This document shows, in pieces, positions 28,537 through 37,621 of a DNA stretch of 56,536 nucleotides. Position numbers and translations under genes: made by a program. The stretch covers positions 1-56,536 of IMG/VR virus record IMGVR_UViG_3300044632_000832; one strand, written 5' to 3'. This stretch comes from a virus. Lineage: Duplodnaviria > Caudoviricetes. The first letter of the stretch is position 1, and each line of letters opens with the position of its first letter. The notes under the pieces were generated by a model. That model had not been told where the DNA came from. It worked only from the letters and a program-made list of their open reading frames with translations, and did not search any database.

Positions 28537-31500
28537 AGAATTTGATCTGATCAGTGCGTTCATCTCTGTCTCGATACGCAAGCAGAGTCTTGAACAGGTC
28601 GAATCGCAGATCAAAGGAATAGCCGAAAGGCTGAAGTCTATCAAGGCGTCCGTTGGGTTACGCCTTGTTGGTCGCCAGGATTTTCGCAAGGAGCTTAAGG
28701 CATTCCTTGACAAGCTCCCGAAGGGCAAGGTCAAGGTCACGCCAGTCATCGACGGAAAGAAAGAATTCAATGATGCCTTCAGGAAGCTAAAGAAAGATGC
28801 TGGCGACAAGCCGATCAAGGCCACCGTCAAGATCGAGACTGGCGGTGCTGAGAAGGCGATCAATCAGCTAGTCGGTAAAGCCAAAGTCATTGCTACTGCC
28901 GCACGGCGTGCTGGCGAGGACATCGACAAACTCAATCGAGAGATTGAGCGATGGGGTAGGATTCGCGGCAGGTCTGCTGAAGCCGAGACTCTTCTCGGAA
29001 TTACTGGCAAGCCAAACTTCGGCAGCATGAAGCAGATCGAAGAAGTCAAAGCGCGAATGCGCTACTATGACAGTCTTCGTAGTCAGGCCGAAAGAATTTC
29101 TGAGCTAACTGCTGACATCCAAGACTGGGGAACTGGTCAGGGCAGGGCGCAGAAGGCTCAGGAACTTATCTCTAGGGTCGGAGCAAAGGGCTTCGGTTCC
29201 AGCGGTGACTTCCGTGCGATACTCCGCGAGATGCGTGCAGTCGACAAGGCGATTGCCAGCACCGAGAGGAAGGCTGAGGCGATCTCGTTTGCCAATAGCT
29301 GGGGCAAGGCTACAGGCAATATCGAGGCAGCCAAAAAAGCCATCGCTGATATAGAGTCCAAGGACTTCTTCAGCCAGAGAGATCTTGCTGCGGTTAGGGC
29401 GGTCGCCAGGGAGTACGACAAGATCTCCTCTGACGCCGAGAAGATCGCACAGCTGAATGCAAGGATCTCGGAGTTCGGTGAGAAGCCAGGGCGGCAAAAG
29501 GTAGCACAGGAGCTGATGACTCGCGTCAATGCTCCTGGGTTTGCCGTGGCAACTCAGTCAAACGCGGTGCTTCGAGACATGCGTGCTGCCGACAGGCAGA
29601 TTGCCAGCATGTTTCGCCAGAACGAAGCAGCTGCGTACCTGAACAACTGGCAAAGACTGAGTGGCAAGGTCAAAGAGACACAGCAGCTCTTGGAAATGGT
29701 GAACCAAACGAAGTTGTTCACCAAGGAAGATTTCGCCGCCATCCGCCAGATGACAAAGGAGATTGATCAGGTATCTGCCGCAGCAGCAAGGGCTCAGGCT
29801 GCATTAAACAAGGCCAGCAACCAACTGAAGATCATTTCCAAGCCAGACCCTCGGGCTATGTTCAAGTTTCGCTCTGACTTTGTGCCGATGCAAGACATTC
29901 TTGCAAACACAATGGATCTGGATGCGAAGAGGGCGCAGCAGCAGGCCGATGCGGAGAAGCAGCGACAGGACAATCTTAAGCGAACAGCAGCAAGGGCAGC
30001 GGCAGAGGGCAGGAAAACCGCTAATGAGTTCAGGGCGCAGAGGGCCAAGCGATCTATTGCACTGCGTGGTGCGTTGTTTGAGGCTGGCTTCGTTGCTGGC
30101 CCAGCTGCTGGCATCCTTGGAAACCTTGTCGGCGTCAGAAACCAAACAAGCACTTTCATACAGAACAGCCAGCTTGCCCAGCAGGCAGCGAGTAAGTTCC
30201 GAGTAAGCATCGGTGCGCTTGGCGCAACAGCTGGAGTCGCAGCGAGCGTTGTGACAGCTGCTGTTGGTGGAATCGTTGCTGTCTTTGGGCAAGCGTTTTC
30301 CGTGATAAGCCAATTCAATCAGCAGGCAATCGCTGGTCTAAAGGGCGCACTGAGTGCAGTGATTGGGCCAGCACTTGCTTTGTTCCAGGCAATTCGCGGA
30401 ATCGCAACCTACCTCCCGCTGGTGGCAGCTGGTATCGCGGGCTTCGTTGGCGAGACATTGACGAAGGCGACTGTGGAGTTTGACAAGATCCAGTCGCTGT
30501 TCAAGTTCACGTTCGCAGGTCAGGCGGCGTCTCAGCTCAATCTGGTTCGTCAGGTGAGCGACTCGTTCGGGTTGAGCCTCGATGCGTTGGCGGTTGGCTA
30601 TGGCAAGTTGGCGGCTGCTGCCAAGGACAGTGGCGTAACCCAAGAGGAGATACGCCAGCTATTCATCGGCACCTCGTCCGCTGCGGCAGTATTCAAGCTG
30701 AACCAGGGTGACCTGGATGGCGTGTTCCGCGCCTACCAGCAGATCATCTCCAAGTCGGTTGTCAGCTCTGAAGAGTTGCGGCAGCAGTTGTCTGAGCGGT
30801 TGCCTGCGGCATTCTCACTAGCCGCCAAGTCTCTCGGTAAGTCACAGCAGGATTTGAACGAAGCCTTGGCGAATGGTAGTGTCACGGCTGAGGAGTTTAT
30901 CCCTGCGTTCGGCAGGGCTCTGCGGCAGGCTTACGACCAGAACGCTTCTGGCATTGTCGACACTCTGCCAGCCAAGCTAAGTCGCCTGCAGAATTCGCTG
31001 CTCGATCTCCAGCGATCTGCCGAGGGTACTGATTTCCTTGAGGCGTTTGTTGACCTGAAGCAGGGGCTGATTGATCCGTTCATCAAGGATGGAGCGATCA
31101 AAGGCGCACTGAAGAATGTATTTGTCGAGGCTGGCAAAGCTTTCAGATTCTTCACTGCACAGATTCCTCTGGCAATCGACCTTCTGAAGGATGTTTGGCG
31201 AGCTGTGCGTCCGCTGGTGGAGGCGTTTGCCACGCTACAGTTGGTGTTCAGTGCGCTTGCCATTGCTGCTGCCAAGGAGTTTCTTGATGTACGCAGGAAT
31301 GCGGAAATAGGACTTGGTGACGCGATCCTGAAGGTTAAGGAGTTTTCCGACAACATCAAGTCCGCACTGAACCTCGACCTGTCTGACTTCAAGTCCATCA
31401 TGGGATTTGTCAAAGTAATCATCGAGAATTCGGAACTCGCATTGGCTGCTTTTCTAGAGGCACTCAACGGTGCGATCCGAGTGATTATTACGTTTGCATC

Positions 31501-32236
31501 AACCCTTTATAGCCAGATAATTCCGCTGATGTTCGAGCTTGGCGTGCAGATGGGCAAGGCCATTGGAAATGGGTTGATGATGGCCTTGACCGGAAGAGAT
31601 GACAGGCTTGAGAAGGCATTGAGGGAAAGGGCTTCCATCAACCAACGAATGCAGGGTGACGAACGCTCTCTGCTCCAGGGAAATCTATCGCCCCGCCTGA
31701 CTCAGCAGGAGAGGGGCGAGATGCGATCAAGGCTGCTGGAGTTGAATGCCGAGATTATGAGGATGGAAAAGGCTAGACGCCCAGGCGGGCTGTCTGGCTT
31801 GTTTGCTGAGTCGATTAGCCTTGCTAGCTCCAAGGCATTCGACGAGCTGTCTGGTATCAATCTCGAACCATTCGAGAAGATTGGTGCGCTGTCAAAGAAG
31901 GCCCAGGAGAATCTTGCCGAGGTGCAAAAGGAGCCGAAGCGAGATTTGTCCTTCCTTGAAATTGCACTGACGGAATTGAGGAAGTCGCTTGGCGCTGGTG
32001 CTGCAACCACATCTGATTTTGAATCGCAGTTCTTTGGCTTCGAGGAGTTTCAGCGATTCCTGCAAAGCGGTGAGCAGGTGCGTGTTGCAGAGAACACGCA
32101 AAAGATCTATGAAATAAACCAGCAGCAATTGGATGTGCTAAACAAGATGAACACGAACCAGGCGTCATTAAACAGCCTGCTAAATCTTGAGGGTGCTTAC
32201 ATGCGAGCCCCGTCTACCCTGCGATGGGAGAACTAA
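28529..32236 (+). CDS. Tape measure protein (0 Cys)
   Basis: 1235 aa helical; QIISKSVVSSEELRQQLSERLPAAFSLAAKSLG tape-measure motif; central hydrophobic segments. Confidence 0.92.
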   Translation: MAEEFDLISAFISVSIRKQSLEQVESQIKGIAERLKSIKASVGLRLVGRQDFRKELKAFLDKLPKGKVKVTPVIDGKKEFNDAFRKLKKDAGDKPIKATVKIETGGAEKAINQLVGKAKVIATAARRAGEDIDKLNREIERWGRIRGRSAEAETLLGITGKPNFGSMKQIEEVKARMRYYDSLRSQAERISELTADIQDWGTGQGRAQKAQELISRVGAKGFGSSGDFRAILREMRAVDKAIASTERKAEAISFANSWGKATGNIEAAKKAIADIESKDFFSQRDLAAVRAVAREYDKISSDAEKIAQLNARISEFGEKPGRQKVAQELMTRVNAPGFAVATQSNAVLRDMRAADRQIASMFRQNEAAAYLNNWQRLSGKVKETQQLLEMVNQTKLFTKEDFAAIRQMTKEIDQVSAAAARAQAALNKASNQLKIISKPDPRAMFKFRSDFVPMQDILANTMDLDAKRAQQQADAEKQRQDNLKRTAARAAAEGRKTANEFRAQRAKRSIALRGALFEAGFVAGPAAGILGNLVGVRNQTSTFIQNSQLAQQAASKFRVSIGALGATAGVAASVVTAAVGGIVAVFGQAFSVISQFNQQAIAGLKGALSAVIGPALALFQAIRGIATYLPLVAAGIAGFVGETLTKATVEFDKIQSLFKFTFAGQAASQLNLVRQVSDSFGLSLDALAVGYGKLAAAAKDSGVTQEEIRQLFIGTSSAAAVFKLNQGDLDGVFRAYQQIISKSVVSSEELRQQLSERLPAAFSLAAKSLGKSQQDLNEALANGSVTAEEFIPAFGRALRQAYDQNASGIVDTLPAKLSRLQNSLLDLQRSAEGTDFLEAFVDLKQGLIDPFIKDGAIKGALKNVFVEAGKAFRFFTAQIPLAIDLLKDVWRAVRPLVEAFATLQLVFSALAIAAAKEFLDVRRNAEIGLGDAILKVKEFSDNIKSALNLDLSDFKSIMGFVKVIIENSELALAAFLEALNGAIRVIITFASTLYSQIIPLMFELGVQMGKAIGNGLMMALTGRDDRLEKALRERASINQRMQGDERSLLQGNLSPRLTQQERGEMRSRLLELNAEIMRMEKARRPGGLSGLFAESISLASSKAFDELSGINLEPFEKIGALSKKAQENLAEVQKEPKRDLSFLEIALTELRKSLGAGAATTSDFESQFFGFEEFQRFLQSGEQVRVAENTQKIYEINQQQLDVLNKMNTNQASLNSLLNLEGAYMRAPSTLRWEN

Positions 32237-32237
32237 G

Positions 32238-33467
32238 ATGGCTGAGGTAGCTTACGGATTTGTGGTGGATGGGGCTCCGACAGAGCGGTACACCAGTGGC
32301 GGTGGCATGGAAGCAAGCGTCACTTTCTTCGGCCCAGCCTCCAACCGGATGCAGTTCCTTGAGTACATTTTCGGCAGGTGGAACTACGCAAACTGGGTTG
32401 CAGATCCAGGTGGAGATGAACCCACCGCCATGCTTCCAAGGGGCATCTGCTGGTCATCACTTCCGAGGCCATATGTTTCCTTAAGCGAAATTGTACTCGG
32501 CGAATGCTACCTTCCTTCCTATGCGGGAATTTCTCCAGCTGACACTGACGCACATTGTCTATGGCCTGACACATGGGAGGTTTCGGCGGCAGACCCAAAC
32601 TCAAAGCCGGAGTTTGTAGGCTGCGTTGATCCGATCTCTGATGATCCAGAAGAGCGGCCTATGTACAGGCCAATCGACTACAGCTGCAGCTGCTACGTTA
32701 CGGTTCACTACCGGCACAAGCACAACGGCTGCTGGCCCCTGCCGCATGTGCGCAGGTATGGAGCAACCAGCGATGGTGGTGTACCGGACGTTCCCGCTGG
32801 GACTTACATCGATGTAAAGACGAGAACATCTGGCGAAGTGCAGACGATTGAGGGGCAGGGTCTTAAATTCGGCAATCCTGGTGCCGCCGGGCCTTCATCT
32901 ATCCCTGGTGCATCATGGGAAGATCCAACCGCCACGCCAACTACGCTACCTGCTGGAGTTGGCATTGGAACGATAGTGTCCACTACGCAGATGGACATCA
33001 CTTGGTCTGGCGTTCCATTCCCACCATGGGAGGTAATCGACGACCTGAGAGGGCGTGTTAACAAGGCACCTTTTCTTGGCAACCCAATAGAATCAGTCTG
33101 CTTCTTCGGTGCGGAGTTCACGACACAGGGAAGCTTCGGCTGCGTCACCCTTTACAACATCCATTATTCCTTTGTGATCAAGACTTCATCGGTTTTTCTT
33201 GAGTCGTCCCCAACGCCTCTTGATTATGAAAACTCAAAAATGATCGCGAATACGTCGCAAATTGGGATATGGAATCGTCGCGCTTGCATTAGCTCCATCA
33301 AGTATGGGAATTCAATCGTGACAAACTATGTGCCGATCTTTACCAAGAACGGAGACACCACACCATTCCGACTTGACGACGGCCTGTACTCATTCTCTGA
33401 TCTGTTCCGTATGAGGAACGGATCTAACGTGCTTACAAGTACTGCATCGGCTCTGGCCTGCACATAA
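32238..33467 (+). CDS. Tail tip/distal tail protein (11 Cys)
   Basis: Immediately after tape measure; GRVNKAPFLG...VCFFG motif. Confidence 0.65.
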   Translation: MAEVAYGFVVDGAPTERYTSGGGMEASVTFFGPASNRMQFLEYIFGRWNYANWVADPGGDEPTAMLPRGICWSSLPRPYVSLSEIVLGECYLPSYAGISPADTDAHCLWPDTWEVSAADPNSKPEFVGCVDPISDDPEERPMYRPIDYSCSCYVTVHYRHKHNGCWPLPHVRRYGATSDGGVPDVPAGTYIDVKTRTSGEVQTIEGQGLKFGNPGAAGPSSIPGASWEDPTATPTTLPAGVGIGTIVSTTQMDITWSGVPFPPWEVIDDLRGRVNKAPFLGNPIESVCFFGAEFTTQGSFGCVTLYNIHYSFVIKTSSVFLESSPTPLDYENSKMIANTSQIGIWNRRACISSIKYGNSIVTNYVPIFTKNGDTTPFRLDDGLYSFSDLFRMRNGSNVLTSTASALACT

Positions 33468-33477
33468 GAGATCTGCC

Positions 33478-35907
33478 ATGGCAATCATCAAAGGTCGCGG
33501 ATACCTCGGCAGTGCCAACCAATTTGGTGTTGGCCCGGCCATGGGGCAGGAGCTAATCCGCAAGGCGCAGGAGCATCTGTCGACTGGGAACGGGTCAAAG
33601 CTAATTGGCCCGAACATGGAGGCCATTGTTGCTGACATTCAGAACAATGGGTTCTTCTTTGCTGTGCCAACGCAAGTCATTGATGAAGCGGTGCAGGACC
33701 AGTCTTCTGGAGAAGCTGGCTATTTCAAGTACTACGCTTCTAGTGGCAAGGGTGTCCATGTCAGCCTGGGTGTTGTCAATAACACATGGCACCAGATTCA
33801 GTCTGCGCCGAACCCACCGGCAAATACTATCGAGTATGTGATGGACAAGAATACCGTAGGCGATCTTCCAGAGGTCGACCTGTGGAACACGCACAATGGC
33901 ATGTGGCTGTGGGCCAATGTTGCCTACAAGTTCACGCTCGACCCTGAGTCTGGCAGGTTCATCCCAATCGACTTGCCGATGCAGCCAGTTATCACTGCCA
34001 GAATCTATCAACAAGACATTGCCTTTGGGGGCTACGGCACTGCTCAGGTCTACTTTAACGGCGTTCCATTTGGCTCAAAGTTCATTACTGTCTACCACAC
34101 TTGGGTGAAATTTGGAGAAGACCTTAAGGCAGGTTCGGACGTATTTGTCCAATGGTTCCCTGAGCGAGGTGCCTACACGGCAGGGCAGTGGGTGGTTGTT
34201 GGTGCAAATGCGGAGACACAGACGGATGTGATCATCGCGGAGATCACTGCCAGTCCTGGTGTCGATAACTGCGGATCGGTAAGCAGGAGCCCCGTCTGCC
34301 TCTATCCTGCACGGAGGGTCGCCAACAATCCAGCGGCAGCCACGCAGTGCGACGACACACCGTGGACTGGCATCGAAGAAGAGATCTATCTGGTCGATAT
34401 CACCGGATGCGATCCGGTAACGACACTCAAGAAGGGTGATCGATACCTTGCGAAGAGGCTGGGGATTATCACTCTAGGTGGGCAAGAGCGAGAGCTTTAC
34501 GCCATCCGTGGTGACAAGTCCTCCACCTCGGTGAAGGTCATCGAGATTGACTATGACGAAGAGGGTACGGAGAACTGCCAGACCGTCCAGACCAATGATG
34601 GCTGTGTCTACGGGGCGATCATCTCCAACAACAGCCTTGGCGACCAATGCTCCGGCCAGTGGTCTGCTGGCGATCTTGTCTGGGCAATCAACGTAGCAGC
34701 CTGCAATCAGCCATCGTCTGTCAAGCGTGGCGACCGATTCGTTGGGCTTGGTCTTGGCAGCCTCACGGTGGGAGGCGAGACGCGGGAACTCTACGCCTTC
34801 CGGCATGTGGACGGCGGCGACCAGACCAAGATCGTCACTGTGCTTCCCTATGCCAGTCAGCCCCTAGCCTGCCAGACCATCGATCCGGCGGCTCCGGCCT
34901 GCATCCTCAATGGCAGGATCTCCAGTGCGCTGGCCTTCGGGGATCCTGACGAATTCGGCAACGAGTGCAACGTCCAGAACTGGACCAACGAGGATGAGAT
35001 CTGGGTCATCAATCTCGCCACCTGCGGGGACAAGGTGCAGATCCCATTCGGCGAGCGGTTCATCGGCCAGTACATCATGGACTATGAGCATCAGGAAGCC
35101 ACCAAGCCGCTCTATGCGATCTACTACCGTCCTTCATCCGCAGGCTCTAGTGCGATTGTCGCGGTGAATGTGATTGGCCCCGAGAGCTGCCATCCGATCA
35201 CACCCAACAACAGCTGCGTCTACCCTGGCAATCTGATCTTCAATGGTGACGATGAACCGGATGTCTGCCAGACCGACAACTTTGTTGAGGGGGCTGACAT
35301 CTGGATCGTAGATGTCGCCAGCTGCAACGACCCTGGATCCATCCCCAACGGAGAGCGGTTTGTCGGACACAGGCTGGGATACCATACCCACGCTGGTGAG
35401 ACGCTGCCCCTGTATGGTATCAAGCATGTGCCTGCTAACATTGGCGTGTCTGGTGCGTACTTTGATACTGGCTTCTTTGCTTCACCTGGACAGTTCGTGG
35501 ATGTCTTGCCAGGATTTGAAACCATCGAGCTTTTCGGAGCGTCGGGGCTGTCAATAGATGCCAGTTTCATTCGCAATACATCAGGAACGGCGATAAGGTA
35601 TGCGGTTAATGCTGAGATCTTTTTTGATTTAGGCAGCGCAGTTGTAGGCGTTACTGAGTGCCTTTTCGCCAGCGGACAAGTCGGGCTAGGAAACGGATCC
35701 GGTTCAACTGTGTTTACGGACTACAGGTTCAATGACCACCTCGACACAAATCTTTGCGGAGGGTGGGGAGATCCAATACTCTGGTCTCATCGTCATGCCT
35801 GCCTATGCAGTATCATCCAGCTACAGCCTAACGAATTGGTGAGCGGGTTCATGAATGGAAGCGGAGGAAGTGTCCGCATTCGCGGCACGTTGACTAGGCT
35901 CGCATAA
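33478..35907 (+). CDS. Tail-tip/fibre protein with four ~100-aa 4-Cys repeats (20 Cys)
   Basis: Repeats ending G(D/E)R(F/Y)...LY(A/G); last large gene of tail module. Confidence 0.75.
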   Translation: MAIIKGRGYLGSANQFGVGPAMGQELIRKAQEHLSTGNGSKLIGPNMEAIVADIQNNGFFFAVPTQVIDEAVQDQSSGEAGYFKYYASSGKGVHVSLGVVNNTWHQIQSAPNPPANTIEYVMDKNTVGDLPEVDLWNTHNGMWLWANVAYKFTLDPESGRFIPIDLPMQPVITARIYQQDIAFGGYGTAQVYFNGVPFGSKFITVYHTWVKFGEDLKAGSDVFVQWFPERGAYTAGQWVVVGANAETQTDVIIAEITASPGVDNCGSVSRSPVCLYPARRVANNPAAATQCDDTPWTGIEEEIYLVDITGCDPVTTLKKGDRYLAKRLGIITLGGQERELYAIRGDKSSTSVKVIEIDYDEEGTENCQTVQTNDGCVYGAIISNNSLGDQCSGQWSAGDLVWAINVAACNQPSSVKRGDRFVGLGLGSLTVGGETRELYAFRHVDGGDQTKIVTVLPYASQPLACQTIDPAAPACILNGRISSALAFGDPDEFGNECNVQNWTNEDEIWVINLATCGDKVQIPFGERFIGQYIMDYEHQEATKPLYAIYYRPSSAGSSAIVAVNVIGPESCHPITPNNSCVYPGNLIFNGDDEPDVCQTDNFVEGADIWIVDVASCNDPGSIPNGERFVGHRLGYHTHAGETLPLYGIKHVPANIGVSGAYFDTGFFASPGQFVDVLPGFETIELFGASGLSIDASFIRNTSGTAIRYAVNAEIFFDLGSAVVGVTECLFASGQVGLGNGSGSTVFTDYRFNDHLDTNLCGGWGDPILWSHRHACLCSIIQLQPNELVSGFMNGSGGSVRIRGTLTRLA

Positions 35908-35920
35908 GCGGGGGAATGCC

Positions 35921-36139
35921 ATGGGATGTGGGTGCCAAGGCGGTAAGAAGAAGGAGGCGGCAGCGATGTCACCTCCGGCGGCAAGCGTGAAGGTGCGGTT
36001 GATCAACCACTCACAAACGCCTGATGCGTTAGTGGGCAAGTCGACAGCCAAGAACTATGGTCGATTCAAGAATGGCGACCGCATCACAATCCAGCGGATT
36101 GACTACGAGGCGGAGCCGGAGAAGTTCGTGCTGCTATGA
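35921..36139 (+). CDS. Small protein with N-terminal GCGC (CxC) motif
   Basis: GGGGGA RBS; MGCGCQGGKKK. Confidence 0.7.
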   Translation: MGCGCQGGKKKEAAAMSPPAASVKVRLINHSQTPDALVGKSTAKNYGRFKNGDRITIQRIDYEAEPEKFVLL

Positions 36140-36462
36140 TCGCCGAGATGCTGATGCTGTCGCTTGCTGTGTGGCGTCTCAGCTACATGATTACGAGCGA
36201 GGTGGGGCCAGCCAGGATTCTGGAGCGATTCCGAACGTGGGCTGGTGTCGTCGTGGACCGGTTGGACGATGGAACCGAGGAGGTGATTGCGTCTCCAGGC
36301 ACACTTGCTGACCTCGTTACTTGCCAATGGTGTGCCTCGGTATGGCTGGGCATGGCGGTAGCCTTACTCCACGCGGTGAGCCCACGCATATGCTGGGTTA
36401 CCGCCATGCCATTCTTTCTTTCGGCAATGGCACTAGGCTACGCAAAGCTCATGGATCGCTGA
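36136..36462 (+). CDS. DUF1360-like membrane protein with CxxC
   Basis: LAVWRLSYMITSE..P...FR...GTLADLVTCQWCASVWLG; three hydrophobic segments; ATGA-coupled. Confidence 0.75.
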   Translation: MIAEMLMLSLAVWRLSYMITSEVGPARILERFRTWAGVVVDRLDDGTEEVIASPGTLADLVTCQWCASVWLGMAVALLHAVSPRICWVTAMPFFLSAMALGYAKLMDR

Positions 36463-36505
36463 TGCCGCCTATCTCCACATCAGATAATTTATTTTTCTTC
36501 TTGGC

Positions 36506-36534
36506 TTGCTGACCTGGTCGTCGGTCGGTAGATT
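36506..36534 (+). promoter_or_regulatory. Sigma70-type promoter for replication block
   Basis: TTGCTG-N17-TAGATT with upstream AT-rich tract (36484-36500). Confidence 0.6.
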
Positions 36535-36563
36535 TCTCCGCACGACAGGACGAGGAGACAGCC

Positions 36564-36908
36564 ATGGCGAAGAAAGAACCGCTGCGGAAGCGGTACTCAG
36601 ATCTTAGTGAACCGATCCTTCAGTATGCAGCTTTGCGTCAAATGGGATGCAGCTGGGCTGAAATCGTTCATGCACTGCGAGTCGATGATGTCGACGGCGT
36701 AGAGTTGGGAAAGCTCGACCTGATGGTTTGCGTGTGGCATGTGATGCAGCATGGGTTGCCGCCGACTGTCTTTGTCGATGTCCCGTCTCCTGTTAAATGC
36801 CCACGCTGCGATGCAATGGTGCAAGCTGTGCCATGCCGCAAATGTGTAGTAGAGGGAGCGTGGCCCTCTGGTCTCGACGATCTTCCCCCGGACGTTGAGA
36901 TTTTCTAG
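36564..36908 (+). CDS. HTH-like protein with C-terminal zinc finger
   Basis: GAGGAG RBS; GCSWAEIVHAL; KCPRC...PCRKC. Confidence 0.6.
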   Translation: MAKKEPLRKRYSDLSEPILQYAALRQMGCSWAEIVHALRVDDVDGVELGKLDLMVCVWHVMQHGLPPTVFVDVPSPVKCPRCDAMVQAVPCRKCVVEGAWPSGLDDLPPDVEIF

Positions 36909-36931
36909 GGGTAACCTTTGGAGGAAGATGT

Positions 36932-37525
36932 ATGCCTAAGTTCACTATTTCCCAAGCGTTTCCTACCGGACGAACTAGCGATTGGACTACGCAGACGGGC
37001 GAGACCATCGTGTTCGATCTGTGGAGCGTGCAGTTTGTCGAGGCACCTGGCATGGTGCTGGAGATCGGACAGACCAAGAAGGCCGGTGCCTTGTCGCCTG
37101 GCATGCAGCTGGATGGCACCATCGAGCAGGGCAAGCGTGGAGCCTACTTTAAGAAGGCACCTCGTCCCCAGAACCAGGGTGCAGCAGGCAGCGGCAATCG
37201 CTACGGTGGTGGAGGTCGCACGGACGATGCGCAGAAGTACATCATCGCCCAGTGTGCGCTCAAGTGTGCCATCGAGATGTCGAAGGCGCAGGAGAAGTAC
37301 GACACGGCGTTCATCGAGAGCGCGATGGCTATCTGCTGGGAGCTGATCCACAAGTACGCGAATCGCCAGGTTGATGCACCTCCTGCTCCAGCTGCTCCGA
37401 TGGCTGCACCTGTTCCGCAGATGCCGCAGATGCCACAGATGCAGATCCCGCAGCAGTACCAGCAGGCTGCCTATGCACATGCTGGCAACGGCAATGGATT
37501 CGGCAACGAAGAGATCCCGTTCTAG
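36932..37525 (+). CDS. Putative single-stranded DNA-binding protein
   Basis: GGAGG RBS; Q/P/G-rich linker and acidic tail EEIPF. Confidence 0.65.
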   Translation: MPKFTISQAFPTGRTSDWTTQTGETIVFDLWSVQFVEAPGMVLEIGQTKKAGALSPGMQLDGTIEQGKRGAYFKKAPRPQNQGAAGSGNRYGGGGRTDDAQKYIIAQCALKCAIEMSKAQEKYDTAFIESAMAICWELIHKYANRQVDAPPAPAAPMAAPVPQMPQMPQMQIPQQYQQAAYAHAGNGNGFGNEEIPF

Positions 37526-37621
37526 GCGATCTCTGTCTCTGTCTTCCTCCTTGCTGACGGCTGCTGGGCGTGGGGTAGTGCCTGGCAGTCGTCAGCGGGT
37601 TTCTATGGACGAGGTGTCACG

